A DNA stretch of 64,000 bases from Candidatus Xenobia bacterium (GTDB lineage: Bacteria > Acidobacteriota > Terriglobia > Acidiferrales > 2-02-FULL-67-57), in contig DATLZZ010000010.1 of the NCBI GenBank assembly GCA_035573715.1, forward strand, positions 246,746 to 310,745, given 5' to 3'. Under the pieces are notes generated by a model. It ran no database searches. It saw nothing but the letters and a program-made list of their open reading frames with translations, and had not been told where the DNA came from. A program made the position numbers and the translations under genes. Of this stretch, positions 8,412-16,131 are shown in pieces (position 1 is the stretch's first letter; each line of letters starts with the position of its first letter).

Positions 8412-9482
8412 ATGGGGAAGAGAAAGGAAGCCATCGAGGTCCGGCCGGCGGCGCCGCATCCGAGCGGAATTCTCTCGGGCGCGGCGCTGGACGACGACCG
8501 GCAATTCGAAGCCTCGGTCCGCCCGCAGCTTCTCAAGGACTTCATCGGCCAGGCGAAATTGAAGGAGAATCTCTCCATCGCTGTCGAAGCCGCGCGCTCG
8601 CGGGGTGATGCGCTCGACCACGTCCTGCTCAGCGGTCCGCCCGGCCTCGGCAAGACCACGCTCGCCTACGTGCTCGCCAACGAGCTGGGCGTGCGCATCG
8701 AAACCACCTCGGGGCCGGTGCTGGAGCGCCCGCTCGACCTCTCGACCATTCTCTCCGTGCTGGAGCGCCGCCAGGTGCTGTTCATTGACGAACTCCACCG
8801 TCTGTTGCCGGCCGTCGAAGAGATCCTTTATCCGGCGCTCGAAGATTTCAAAATCGACATGATTGTCGGCAAGGGTCCGGGCGCGCGCACGCAGGTCTAT
8901 CGCCTGGAGCGGTTCACGCTGGTGGGGGCGACGACCCGCACCGGGCTGGTCACCAAGCCGCTGCTCTCGCGCTTCGGGATCGTGCATCGGCTGGACTTTT
9001 ATCCCGTGGCCGACCTCCAAACCATTGTTACGCGCGCCGCGGGCATCCTGGGCATCGCGATTGACTCCGGCGGCGCGGAAGAGATTGCCCGGCGCTCGCG
9101 CGGCACCCCGCGCGTTGCCAACCGGCTGTTGCGGCGGGTGCGCGACTTCGCCCAGGTGCGCGCCGGCGGCAGCATCAACCGCACCGTGGCCAGGGACGCG
9201 CTGGCGATGCTGGATGTGGACGAGTACGGGCTCGACGAGCTTGACCGAAAGATTCTCTTGACGGTAATCGAAAAATACGGCGGCGGGCCGGTCGGTCTCA
9301 ACACCATCGCCGCCTCCATCAGCGAAGAGGCCGACGCGCTGGAAGAAGTCTACGAGCCCTACCTGATGCAGATTGGGTTCCTGAACCGCACCCCGCGCGG
9401 GCGGGTTGCGACCGAGCTGGCCTACAAACACTTCGGGAAGCTGCCTCCTACCCCCAGCGCTCCCCCCCTCTTCAGCTCCTAA
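8412..9482 (+). CDS. ruvB: Holliday junction DNA helicase RuvB
   Basis: Walker [23 protein letters not shown], and conserved TTRTGL.T.PL.SRFG. Confidence 0.95.
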   Translation: MGKRKEAIEVRPAAPHPSGILSGAALDDDRQFEASVRPQLLKDFIGQAKLKENLSIAVEAARSRGDALDHVLLSGPPGLGKTTLAYVLANELGVRIETTSGPVLERPLDLSTILSVLERRQVLFIDELHRLLPAVEEILYPALEDFKIDMIVGKGPGARTQVYRLERFTLVGATTRTGLVTKPLLSRFGIVHRLDFYPVADLQTIVTRAAGILGIAIDSGGAEEIARRSRGTPRVANRLLRRVRDFAQVRAGGSINRTVARDALAMLDVDEYGLDELDRKILLTVIEKYGGGPVGLNTIAASISEEADALEEVYEPYLMQIGFLNRTPRGRVATELAYKHFGKLPPTPSAPPLFSS

Positions 9483-9589
9483 CGCCTCCTTTTTACAAGT
9501 TTTTTACAAATGTTCACACTGCCGGTGTTTACTTGGCCCCGCGGCCTGGGTTCTAATCGGCGCGCCCAAAAAGGGGCGGGAGGAACGAA

Positions 9590-9955
9590 ATGAGGAATCG
9601 AATCCTGGCACTAGGTGTGGTGATGCTCTTGGCGGTCTCCGTGGCGTACGCCGGCGGCGACTCCAAGGGTGGCAAGATGGATCCGGCGGCGAAAGCGGCC
9701 TGGTTCCAGAAGGAGTTCGGGCTGACTGACACCCAGACCCAGCAGGTGCGAGCGTTGATCGAAGACACGCACGCGCGCTACGAGCAGGTCAAGACGCAAG
9801 GGCTCAGCGAGGAGGCGACGAAGGCGGAGAAGACCAAGATCAAGGCCGAGCACGACGCCAAGCTCAAGTCCATCCTCACCGCGGAGCAGTGGGCCAAGTT
9901 CGAGGCCTACCGCGCCGAGCACTACAAGAAGGAACAAGCCTCCAAGAAGCAGTAA
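9590..9955 (+). CDS. Periplasmic Spy/CpxP-like (LTxxQ motif) protein
   Basis: Signal peptide MRNRILALGVVMLLAVSVAYA. Two LTxxQ-type motifs (LTDTQTQQ, LTAEQWAKF). Small, helical and Lys/Glu-rich. GGGAGG RBS. Confidence 0.6.
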   Translation: MRNRILALGVVMLLAVSVAYAGGDSKGGKMDPAAKAAWFQKEFGLTDTQTQQVRALIEDTHARYEQVKTQGLSEEATKAEKTKIKAEHDAKLKSILTAEQWAKFEAYRAEHYKKEQASKKQ

Positions 9956-9972
9956 CCGACTCGTCGGTTCGA

Positions 9973-10011
9973 ACGGCGAGGGCGCCGGAGGGCCCCTCGC
10001 CGTTTTTTTTG
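9973..10011 (+). terminator. Rho-independent terminator after the Spy-like gene
   Basis: 10-bp stem ACGGCGAGGG (9973-9982) pairs with CCCTCGCCGT (9994-10003). The loop is 11 nt. A run of eight T follows. Confidence 0.8.
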
Positions 10012-10124
10012 TAAACCTCGCATTGCCTCCGAGCAGTGGACGAAGCTCGCCGCCTGGCGAGCGGAGAGGCCCAAGCAGCAAGCACAGGACAAACCCCAGC
10101 AATAATCCTCGCTTGAAGTCCATT

Positions 10125-10164
10125 TGCGGCGAGGAATCCCGCTCCATCGGGATTCCTCGCCGCA
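10125..10164. repeat. Perfect long hairpin (15-16 bp stem)
   Basis: GCGGCGAGGAATCCC (10126-10140), loop GCTCCATC, then GGGATTCCTCGCCGC (10149-10163). There are no mismatches and a T/A pair flanks the stem. Confidence 0.85.
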
Positions 10165-10173
10165 TTTGTCTTT

Positions 10174-10244
10174 GGAAGGGCGGGGTTTGAACCCCGCCGT
10201 TGCAAGGCGCAAGCCGCAAGGCGGCTTTAGCCGCTGAAGCCATC
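10174..10244. repeat. Dispersed two-hairpin repeat unit, copy 1
   Basis: GGAAGGGCGGGGTTTGAACCCCGCCGT...GCGGCTTTAGCCGCTGAAGCCATC aligns with the copies at 12980-13062 and 13066-13135. Confidence 0.75.
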
Positions 10245-10361
10245 CCTCGACCCGCAGGTTGCCCGCAGGCAACGTGCGCGCCCTCTCCCATGCGTTCCGA
10301 TGCGTTCCGGACGCATGAACCATGGGGGGCAGGGCATAGGCCTGCCGGGCCGGGAAGCCGC

Positions 10362-10367
10362 TACAAT
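10362..10367 (+). promoter_or_regulatory. Candidate -10 box (TACAAT), 7 nt upstream of the folK GTG
   Basis: GCTACAATAGGCGCTGTG. No Shine-Dalgarno in between, so a leaderless transcript is possible. Confidence 0.3.
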
Positions 10368-10374
10368 AGGCGCT

Positions 10375-10875
10375 GTGGCGCCTTGTTTCAAAACTGCGTT
10401 TCTCTCTCTAGGCTCGAACCTGGGAGACCGTGTGGCGCACATCGAGCGGGCGCTGGCCGCGCTCTCGCAGACTGATGTACTGGTTCTTCGCCGCTCCTCG
10501 CTCTATGAAACTGAGCCGGTTGGCACCAACGCGCAGCGCTGGTTTGTGAATTGCGTCGTGGAGGTGGAAACCGAACTCATGCCGCTGGCGCTGCTGCGTC
10601 TGCTCAAGCGCATCGAGCGCGAAATGGGAAGGAATCCGGGCGCCGGCGCGCAGCCGGTTGCGCGATCGATTGACCTGGACATTCTTGCCTACGGGCAATT
10701 GGTGGCGAACTCACCGGAACTGACCATCCCGCACCCGCGACTGGCCGAGCGCCGCTTTGTGCTCGAGCCGCTGCGCGAGCTGGCGCCCGATTGGCGCCAT
10801 CCCGTCACTCGCCTGAGCGTGGCCGAGATGTTGGTTGCCCTGCGCGATTCCGCCACCGTGCGCCGACTACGCTAG
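10375..10875 (+). CDS. folK: 2-amino-4-hydroxy-6-hydroxymethyldihydropteridine diphosphokinase (HPPK)
   Basis: AFLSLGSNLGDR...SSLYETEPVG...RSIDLDILAYG...LTIPHPRLAERRFVLEPL. I start at the in-frame GTG 10375. The track start at 10300 would put 25 codons inside repeat sequence. Confidence 0.85.
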   Translation: MAPCFKTAFLSLGSNLGDRVAHIERALAALSQTDVLVLRRSSLYETEPVGTNAQRWFVNCVVEVETELMPLALLRLLKRIEREMGRNPGAGAQPVARSIDLDILAYGQLVANSPELTIPHPRLAERRFVLEPLRELAPDWRHPVTRLSVAEMLVALRDSATVRRLR

Positions 10876-12032
10876 TGCCGGCGGCGCTGCATCGGCCGCG
10901 GCTCTTCTGCCGGCGGCGCCCACTTGCCCGAGCGCGCACCTTCCTTGCGCAGCTTGTTGAAGTGCAGCAGCGGCTCGCTGCGCTCGGTCAGCGAGGCGAG
11001 TTGAAAAATGCTGTAGCGCGGCGACTCAATCTGCACCAGGCGATACTCGCCCGGCTCGACTTCGATAATCTGTTTGCCCTGCTGCTCGCTGAGGAAGCGC
11101 TCGGCGTCGGCCACCGAGGCGCGCGCGTCCTCATAGGCCGGCACGCTCATCGCCTCCACCACGTAACTCCGCAGCAGCTTCGGCCAGTAGCGCTGGAACA
11201 AGCTCGAATCGGCGAACAGGTCGGCCCACACCACTTCGCCGTTGATGGCCACGACGACGCCGACCACGTTCTTGCCTTGCAGCGCGCCGCGCAGGGCTCG
11301 CTCGTACTCGCGCTGCAGGTTGGCGCTGGCGTCGTCAATGTGACGCTTGATGGTCGGCGAGGCTTCCATTTGCGCGTAGCTGCTCGACCCTTGCAGCTCG
11401 CGCTCTACCCGGCCGGGCTCCGCGCTCGGAACCGCGGCCGCGGCCACGCCCGAGCGCGACTCGGCCGTGGCGTCCCACACCTGCTGCTGGTTGCGCGCCA
11501 CGGCCGCTTTCTCGCGCACCTTGGGCGCCGCCATCAGGCTGGCGCCGAAACTTGCCGAGGCGCCGTGCCAGCGCCCGGGCTCGACGCAGAACACATCCAG
11601 CGGCAGCGGGTCGCCGCCCGGCGGGATGACGCGGTCCCTGGAAATCACCCGGTCCTGCTTGCCGCCGGTGACGATTTCCCCGGCCAGCAATATCAGCGGG
11701 CGGCTGGAGTGATTGATGAGCACCAGGCGGTTCACCTGCGCCTGGCCGAGCGGCAGCGAGCCGTGCCGCCGTCGCTGCAGCGCCGCGCCGAGCTCGGTCA
11801 CCTCGACTTCGCCCGAGCGCAACCCTTCGTCCAGCGTCAGGTAGTTGCGCGCATCGTGTTGGGCAGAGCTCGATACTGGAAACAACGCCAGGTTGGAGTA
11901 GAGAATCGGCGGGTGAACTTGCCAGTCGCGAACCTTCGGGATGCCCGCCGCAGCGGGTGGGCTGTCGTAGGTCAGAACCACCGTTGCCGCCGCGACAACG
12001 AAAACCAAAACCGGAAACCATCGTTTCAACAT
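10872..12032 (-). CDS. DUF6569 (ARPP-1-like) domain protein with N-terminal membrane anchor
   Basis: Start at ATG (complement 12030-12032), giving MLKRWFPVLVFVVAAATVVL. The core reads NLALFPV...YLTLDEGLRSGEVEVTEL...VNRLVLINHSSRPLILLAGEIVTGGKQDRV...PLDVFCVEPGRW. This matches my memory of the DUF6569 signature (YLTLDEA...V.E....G.V..L...N....PVLLL.GE...G.KQNR...PV.CVE.GRW). It needs an HMM check. Confidence 0.6.
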   Translation of the reverse strand: MLKRWFPVLVFVVAAATVVLTYDSPPAAAGIPKVRDWQVHPPILYSNLALFPVSSSAQHDARNYLTLDEGLRSGEVEVTELGAALQRRRHGSLPLGQAQVNRLVLINHSSRPLILLAGEIVTGGKQDRVISRDRVIPPGGDPLPLDVFCVEPGRWHGASASFGASLMAAPKVREKAAVARNQQQVWDATAESRSGVAAAAVPSAEPGRVERELQGSSSYAQMEASPTIKRHIDDASANLQREYERALRGALQGKNVVGVVVAINGEVVWADLFADSSLFQRYWPKLLRSYVVEAMSVPAYEDARASVADAERFLSEQQGKQIIEVEPGEYRLVQIESPRYSIFQLASLTERSEPLLHFNKLRKEGARSGKWAPPAEEPRPMQRRRH

Positions 12033-12220
12033 GAATTCGTCCTCCCTCTTTCGCCCCCGGCGTATCGGCCGAGGCGGGCCCCAGTCGGCGCGCTTCGTTG
12101 TGATGCCCGTCCCAGGAGGTGAGCGCGCCCGGGGCCCGCGACCGGCCCCTTGCACCTCTGCTATCGCCGCCGGCCGAGGAAAGTTCCCGGCTGTGCTCTT
12201 TTCATCTCTGCTGACTTGGG

Positions 12221-12226
12221 TATAAT
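12221..12226 (+). promoter_or_regulatory. Candidate -10 box (perfect TATAAT) for the deoxynucleoside kinase gene
   Basis: CTTGGGTATAATCCC lies 39 nt upstream of ATG 12265. GGGAGG RBS at 12256-12261. Confidence 0.4.
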
Positions 12227-12264
12227 CCCGGCGCTGGTGTCGGGTTCAGGAAGTCGGGAGGTCC

Positions 12265-12921
12265 ATGGGAACCGGGCCCAAGTTTGCGCCGCCCCGCTAC
12301 ATTGCTGTCGAAGGCCCCATCCGGGTCGGGAAGTCCACCCTGGCGCGCATCGTTTCGGAAAAGCTTCACGCGCGGCTCATCGCCGACCGCACCGACAATC
12401 CCCATCTCGCGGCGTTTTATCGCAGCGAGCCCGGCGCCGCCTTTCGCGCTCAGATGCACTTTCTGCTGGCGCGCTACCTCCAGTTGCGCGACCTGGCGCT
12501 CGAGCACGACCCCCGCACCATCGTCTGCGATTACCTCTTCGAGAAAGACCGCGTCTTCGCCACCCTCAACCTCAACGACGCCGAGCTTCAGGTCTACCAG
12601 CAGTACTTCGACCTCTTCCGCCCGCAGGTCGCGACGCCCGACCTGGTTATCTATCTGCAAGCCACGCCGGCGGTGCTGCGCAAGCGCCTGAAGCGCAGCC
12701 CGGCCGCCGCCTCCGAGCGCGACATCTCCGACGACTACCTCGAAGCCGTCGCCGAAGCCTACGACCATTTTTTCTTCCACTACTCGGCGTCGAACCTTCT
12801 CGTCATCAACACCAGCGAGATTGATTTCGTCGAGCGCTCCGAAGATTTGCAGGCGCTTCTTCGCCGCCTCGGCGAGCCCGTCAAAGGCACTCAGTACTTC
12901 CTCCCCCTCGGCCCGTCGTAA
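12265..12921 (+). CDS. Deoxynucleoside kinase family protein
   Basis: P-loop IAVEGPIRVGKSTLA. dNK-type pattern (DNP.L..FY, FEKDR.FA, LVIYL.A.P..L..R...R). 218 aa. Confidence 0.8.
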   Translation: MGTGPKFAPPRYIAVEGPIRVGKSTLARIVSEKLHARLIADRTDNPHLAAFYRSEPGAAFRAQMHFLLARYLQLRDLALEHDPRTIVCDYLFEKDRVFATLNLNDAELQVYQQYFDLFRPQVATPDLVIYLQATPAVLRKRLKRSPAAASERDISDDYLEAVAEAYDHFFFHYSASNLLVINTSEIDFVERSEDLQALLRRLGEPVKGTQYFLPLGPS

Positions 12922-12979
12922 GGGGTGCGTCGCCGGCCAGGATTGGAGCCGAGGGGATTTGCTTTGGCTCCTGAGGACA

Positions 12980-13135
12980 GGAAGGGAGGGCAGGGCGGGG
13001 TTTCGACCCCGCCGTAAGGCGCAGGGTAGAGGTGGGCCTTGGCCCCTACAGCCAAGAACCGAAGTGGAAGGGCGGGGGTTTCGACCCCGCCGTCACAGGT
13101 GCAAAAGACGCGGGGCTTTAGCCCCTGAAGCCACG
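12980..13135. repeat. Two tandem copies of the dispersed two-hairpin repeat unit (copies 2 and 3)
   Basis: 12980-13062 begins GGAAGGGAGGGCAGGGCGGGGTTTCGACCCCGCCGT. 13066-13135 reads GGAAGGGCGGGGGTTTCGACCCCGCCGT...GGGGCTTTAGCCCCTGAAGCCACG. Confidence 0.8.
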
Positions 13136-13250
13136 GTCGTCGGGCATCTCCGGTCGTTCTCCTCCGACACTTTCTTGTTGCCAAACCAGCCCCACCGTTA
13201 TCTAATCTCCCTAGGGACTGCACCCCCAGGGGCGGTACCCGGAGGACAAC

Positions 13251-14147
13251 ATGAGCACCCTTCCGAACTCCCGCTCGGCGGGAACCGGACGGGACACCAA
13301 GAAGGTGACCGTACCGGAGATTCTCCGAAAGAAATCGAACGGCGAGCGCATCACCTGTCTGACAGCTTACGACTATCCGACCGCGCGCATCCTCGACGCC
13401 GCCGGCGTGGACATCCTCCTCGTCGGCGACTCGCTGGGCATGGTCGTGCTCGGCTACGAGAACACCCTGCCGGTCACGATGGAGGAAATGCTCCACCACA
13501 CCCGCGCCGTGCGCCGCGGCACGGAGCGCGCCCTGCTGGTCGCCGACATGCCCTTCGGGAGCTTCCACCTCGACCCCACCGTGTCGGTCGAGAACGCCGT
13601 GCGCTTCGTCAAAGAAGCCGGCGCCGAAGCGGTCAAAATTGAGGGCGGGGAAAAGCGCCTCGAGCTCATCCACCGCCTGGTCGAAAACGACATCCCCGTA
13701 ATGGGCCACATCGGGCTCACCCCGCAATCCATCCACGCCTTCGGCGGTTTCAAAGTGCAGGGCAAGACGCTGGAAGCCGTCGAGCGATTGCTGCGCGACG
13801 CCCACGCCGTCGAAGCCGCCGGGGCCTTCTCGCTCGTGCTGGAAAGCATTCCCGCCGAGGTCGCCGAGCTCATCACCCGCGAGCTCCGCATCCCCACCAT
13901 CGGCATCGGCGCCGGGGCCGGCTGCGACGGCCAGGTGCTGGTCTGGCACGACCTGGTCGGGCTGAGCTTCGGCGTCCAGCCCAAGTTCGCCCGCCGCTAT
14001 ATGGACCTGCGCGCCGCCCTGGAAGAGGCCGTGCGCCGGTTCTGCGACGACGTCAACCGCGGCGAGTTTCCCGCCGAGGCCGAGACCTACCATCTCCCGC
14101 CGGAGGTGGCCCGGGCGCTGGCCCAGCGCGCGGCGCGCTCGCGGTAG
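13251..14147 (+). CDS. panB: 3-methyl-2-oxobutanoate hydroxymethyltransferase
   Basis: LTAYDYPTARILDAAGVDILLVGDSLGMVVLGY..T.PVTMEEMLHHT.AV.RG...ADMPFGS; GGAGGA RBS. Confidence 0.95.
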   Translation: MSTLPNSRSAGTGRDTKKVTVPEILRKKSNGERITCLTAYDYPTARILDAAGVDILLVGDSLGMVVLGYENTLPVTMEEMLHHTRAVRRGTERALLVADMPFGSFHLDPTVSVENAVRFVKEAGAEAVKIEGGEKRLELIHRLVENDIPVMGHIGLTPQSIHAFGGFKVQGKTLEAVERLLRDAHAVEAAGAFSLVLESIPAEVAELITRELRIPTIGIGAGAGCDGQVLVWHDLVGLSFGVQPKFARRYMDLRAALEEAVRRFCDDVNRGEFPAEAETYHLPPEVARALAQRAARSR

Positions 14148-14162
14148 TCAGGAGCGCTCTCA

Positions 14163-14660
14163 ATGATTTCGCTCGCCACTTTCCACGAGCTCTACAACTA
14201 CAACTGGTGGGCCCGCGACCGGCAGCTCGAGGCCTGCGCATCGCTCAGCGAAGAGCAATTCCTTCGTCCCGTCGGCGGCAGCTTTCCCTCGGTGCGCGAC
14301 ACGCTCGCGCACCTGGTCGCCGCCGAGTGGCTCTACCTGGAGCGCTGGCAGGGCCGCTCGCCCACTTCGATGCCGGCGGCCTCCGAGTTTCCCACTCTCG
14401 ACTCTATCCGCGAGCGCTGGCGCGGCATCGAAGTGCTGCTTCGCGCCGTGCTGGCCGGGCTCGACGACCACCGGCTCGCCCGCCCCATCACTTACACCAA
14501 CATTCGGAAGCAAACCAAGACGCTGCTGATGTGGCAGATGATGTACCACCTGCTCAACCACCAGAGCTACCACCGCGGCCAGGTCACTACCCAGCTTCGG
14601 TTGCTCGGCGCCGCGCCGCCCGCCGTGGATTTCTACGTCTACGTTGACTCCCGCAAGTAG
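14163..14660 (+). CDS. DinB/YfiT-like metalloenzyme family protein, paralog 1
   Basis: LYNYNWWARDRQLEAC..LSEEQFLRP...SVRDTLAHLV.AEW.YL.RW...NHQSYHRGQVTT. Confidence 0.85.
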   Translation: MISLATFHELYNYNWWARDRQLEACASLSEEQFLRPVGGSFPSVRDTLAHLVAAEWLYLERWQGRSPTSMPAASEFPTLDSIRERWRGIEVLLRAVLAGLDDHRLARPITYTNIRKQTKTLLMWQMMYHLLNHQSYHRGQVTTQLRLLGAAPPAVDFYVYVDSRK

Positions 14661-14691
14661 CCGGGTGCATCGGATACGCGAGGAGGCTTCC

Positions 14692-15207
14692 ATGGTTCCG
14701 TTACCGGTCTTGCAGACGCTCTACGACTACAACTACTGGGCGCGCGACCAGCAGCTCCGCGCCTGCGCCGCCCTGAGCGAAGAGAAGTTCCTCCGCCCGC
14801 TCGGCAGCAGCTTTTCGTCCGTCCGCGACACCCTCGCCCACCTGGTCGCTGTGGAATGGGTCTGGCTGGAGCGGTGCAAAGGACACTCGCCCACGCGAGC
14901 CGAAGCCGCGCCCTGGGCGGCTGAAACATTTCCCACCCTTGCGGTTGTCGAGCAGCGTTGGCGCGACACTGAGCGCGGCTGGCGCGACTACCTCCGCACC
15001 CTTACGCCGGAACAGCTTCTCCAACCCCTCAGCTACACCAATATCGCCGGCAAGCAGTGGACCTATCCCCTCTGGCAGATCCTCATTCACCTCGTCAACC
15101 ACCAGACCTATCACCGCGGCCAGATTACGACCCTGCTTCGCCAGCTCGGGGTGCCCGCCACGGAAGTCGACTTACTCGTCGCCTTCGACTCCGGTCAGGT
15201 GAAGTGA
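14692..15207 (+). CDS. DinB/YfiT-like metalloenzyme family protein, paralog 2
   Basis: ATG 14692 is preceded by AGGAGG (14681-14686). MVPLPVLQTLYDYNYWARDQQLRAC...SVRDTLAHLVAVEW...NHQTYHRGQITT. By eye it is clearly a paralog of the preceding gene. Confidence 0.85.
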   Translation: MVPLPVLQTLYDYNYWARDQQLRACAALSEEKFLRPLGSSFSSVRDTLAHLVAVEWVWLERCKGHSPTRAEAAPWAAETFPTLAVVEQRWRDTERGWRDYLRTLTPEQLLQPLSYTNIAGKQWTYPLWQILIHLVNHQTYHRGQITTLLRQLGVPATEVDLLVAFDSGQVK

Positions 15208-16076
15208 AAACTCTCACCACCATCGCGGAAATGCAGACGGCGGTCGCCGGGCTGCGCGGCCTCGGCCAGCGCATCGGCTTCGTGCCGACGATGGGCGCGC
15301 TGCACGAGGGTCATCTCTCGCTCGTGCGCCGCTCCAAGCAGGAAACCGACGTGACGGTCGTCTCCATCTTCGTCAACCCGGCCCAGTTCGGCCCCCACGA
15401 GGACTACCTGCGCTACCCGCGCGACCTGGAGCGCGACTCCGCGCTTCTTCTCCGCGAAGGCGCCGACCTGCTCTTTGCGCCCTCGGTCGAAGAGATGTAC
15501 CCGAACGATTTTCAGAGCTACGTGAGCGTGGAGCGCGTCGCCACGCCGTTCGAAGGCCAGTTCCGCCCGGGACACTTCCGCGGCGTCGCCACGGTGGTGC
15601 TGAAGCTCTTCAACATCGTGCAGCCCCACCGCGCCTACTTCGGCCAGAAGGATGCCCAGCAGTGCGCCGTGGTGCGCCAACTGGTGCGGGACTTGAGCCT
15701 GCCGGTTGAAATCATTGTGTGTCCCATCGTCCGCGAGCCCGACGGCCTGGCGATGAGCTCCCGCAACGCCTACCTCAAGCCCGACGAGCGCCAGGCGGCC
15801 CTGGTGCTTTCGCGCAGCCTGGCGCGCGCCCGCGAATTGATCGAAGCCGGCGAGCGCCGCGCCGAAGTCCTGGCTCAGCAGGTACGCAACGTTATCGAGC
15901 AGGAACCCAAGGCGCGCATTGACTACGTGGGGGTCGCCGACGCCGACACCTTCGAAGCGCGCGACACCCTCGCCGGCCGCACCGTCATCGCCCTGGCGGT
16001 CTGGATCGGCGGCGCCCGCCTGCTCGACAACCTCATCGTCGAAGAGACCCCCGCCGGCCTGCAATTTCGCGCATAA
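15204..16076 (+). CDS. panC: Pantoate--beta-alanine ligase
   Basis: The GTG at 15204 overlaps the dinB2 stop (GTGA). VKTLTTIAEMQTAV...GFVPTMGALHEGHLSLV...VSIFVNP.QFGP.EDY..YPR... Confidence 0.93.
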   Translation: MKTLTTIAEMQTAVAGLRGLGQRIGFVPTMGALHEGHLSLVRRSKQETDVTVVSIFVNPAQFGPHEDYLRYPRDLERDSALLLREGADLLFAPSVEEMYPNDFQSYVSVERVATPFEGQFRPGHFRGVATVVLKLFNIVQPHRAYFGQKDAQQCAVVRQLVRDLSLPVEIIVCPIVREPDGLAMSSRNAYLKPDERQAALVLSRSLARARELIEAGERRAEVLAQQVRNVIEQEPKARIDYVGVADADTFEARDTLAGRTVIALAVWIGGARLLDNLIVEETPAGLQFRA

Positions 16077-16131
16077 TTCTCGCTGCGCTCAGGCAGCCGG
16101 AACCGCCCGGCTCGCTATCAAAGTAAGAGAC

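Noticed and set aside
12994-13013. GGCGGGGTTTCGACCCCGCC hairpins as tRNA remnants or tRNA-derived SINE-like elements
   Set aside because: The loop is 6 nt (TTTCGA/TTTGAA) rather than the 7-nt T-loop. No acceptor, D or anticodon arm can be drawn around any copy. I treat them as REP-like hairpins.
15919-16131. Upstream extension of the AsmA-like ORF (track start 15919)
   Set aside because: It overlaps the 3' end of panC in another frame and is Ser/Pro/Ala-rich. ATG 16132 gives a proper basic-then-hydrophobic N-terminal anchor.
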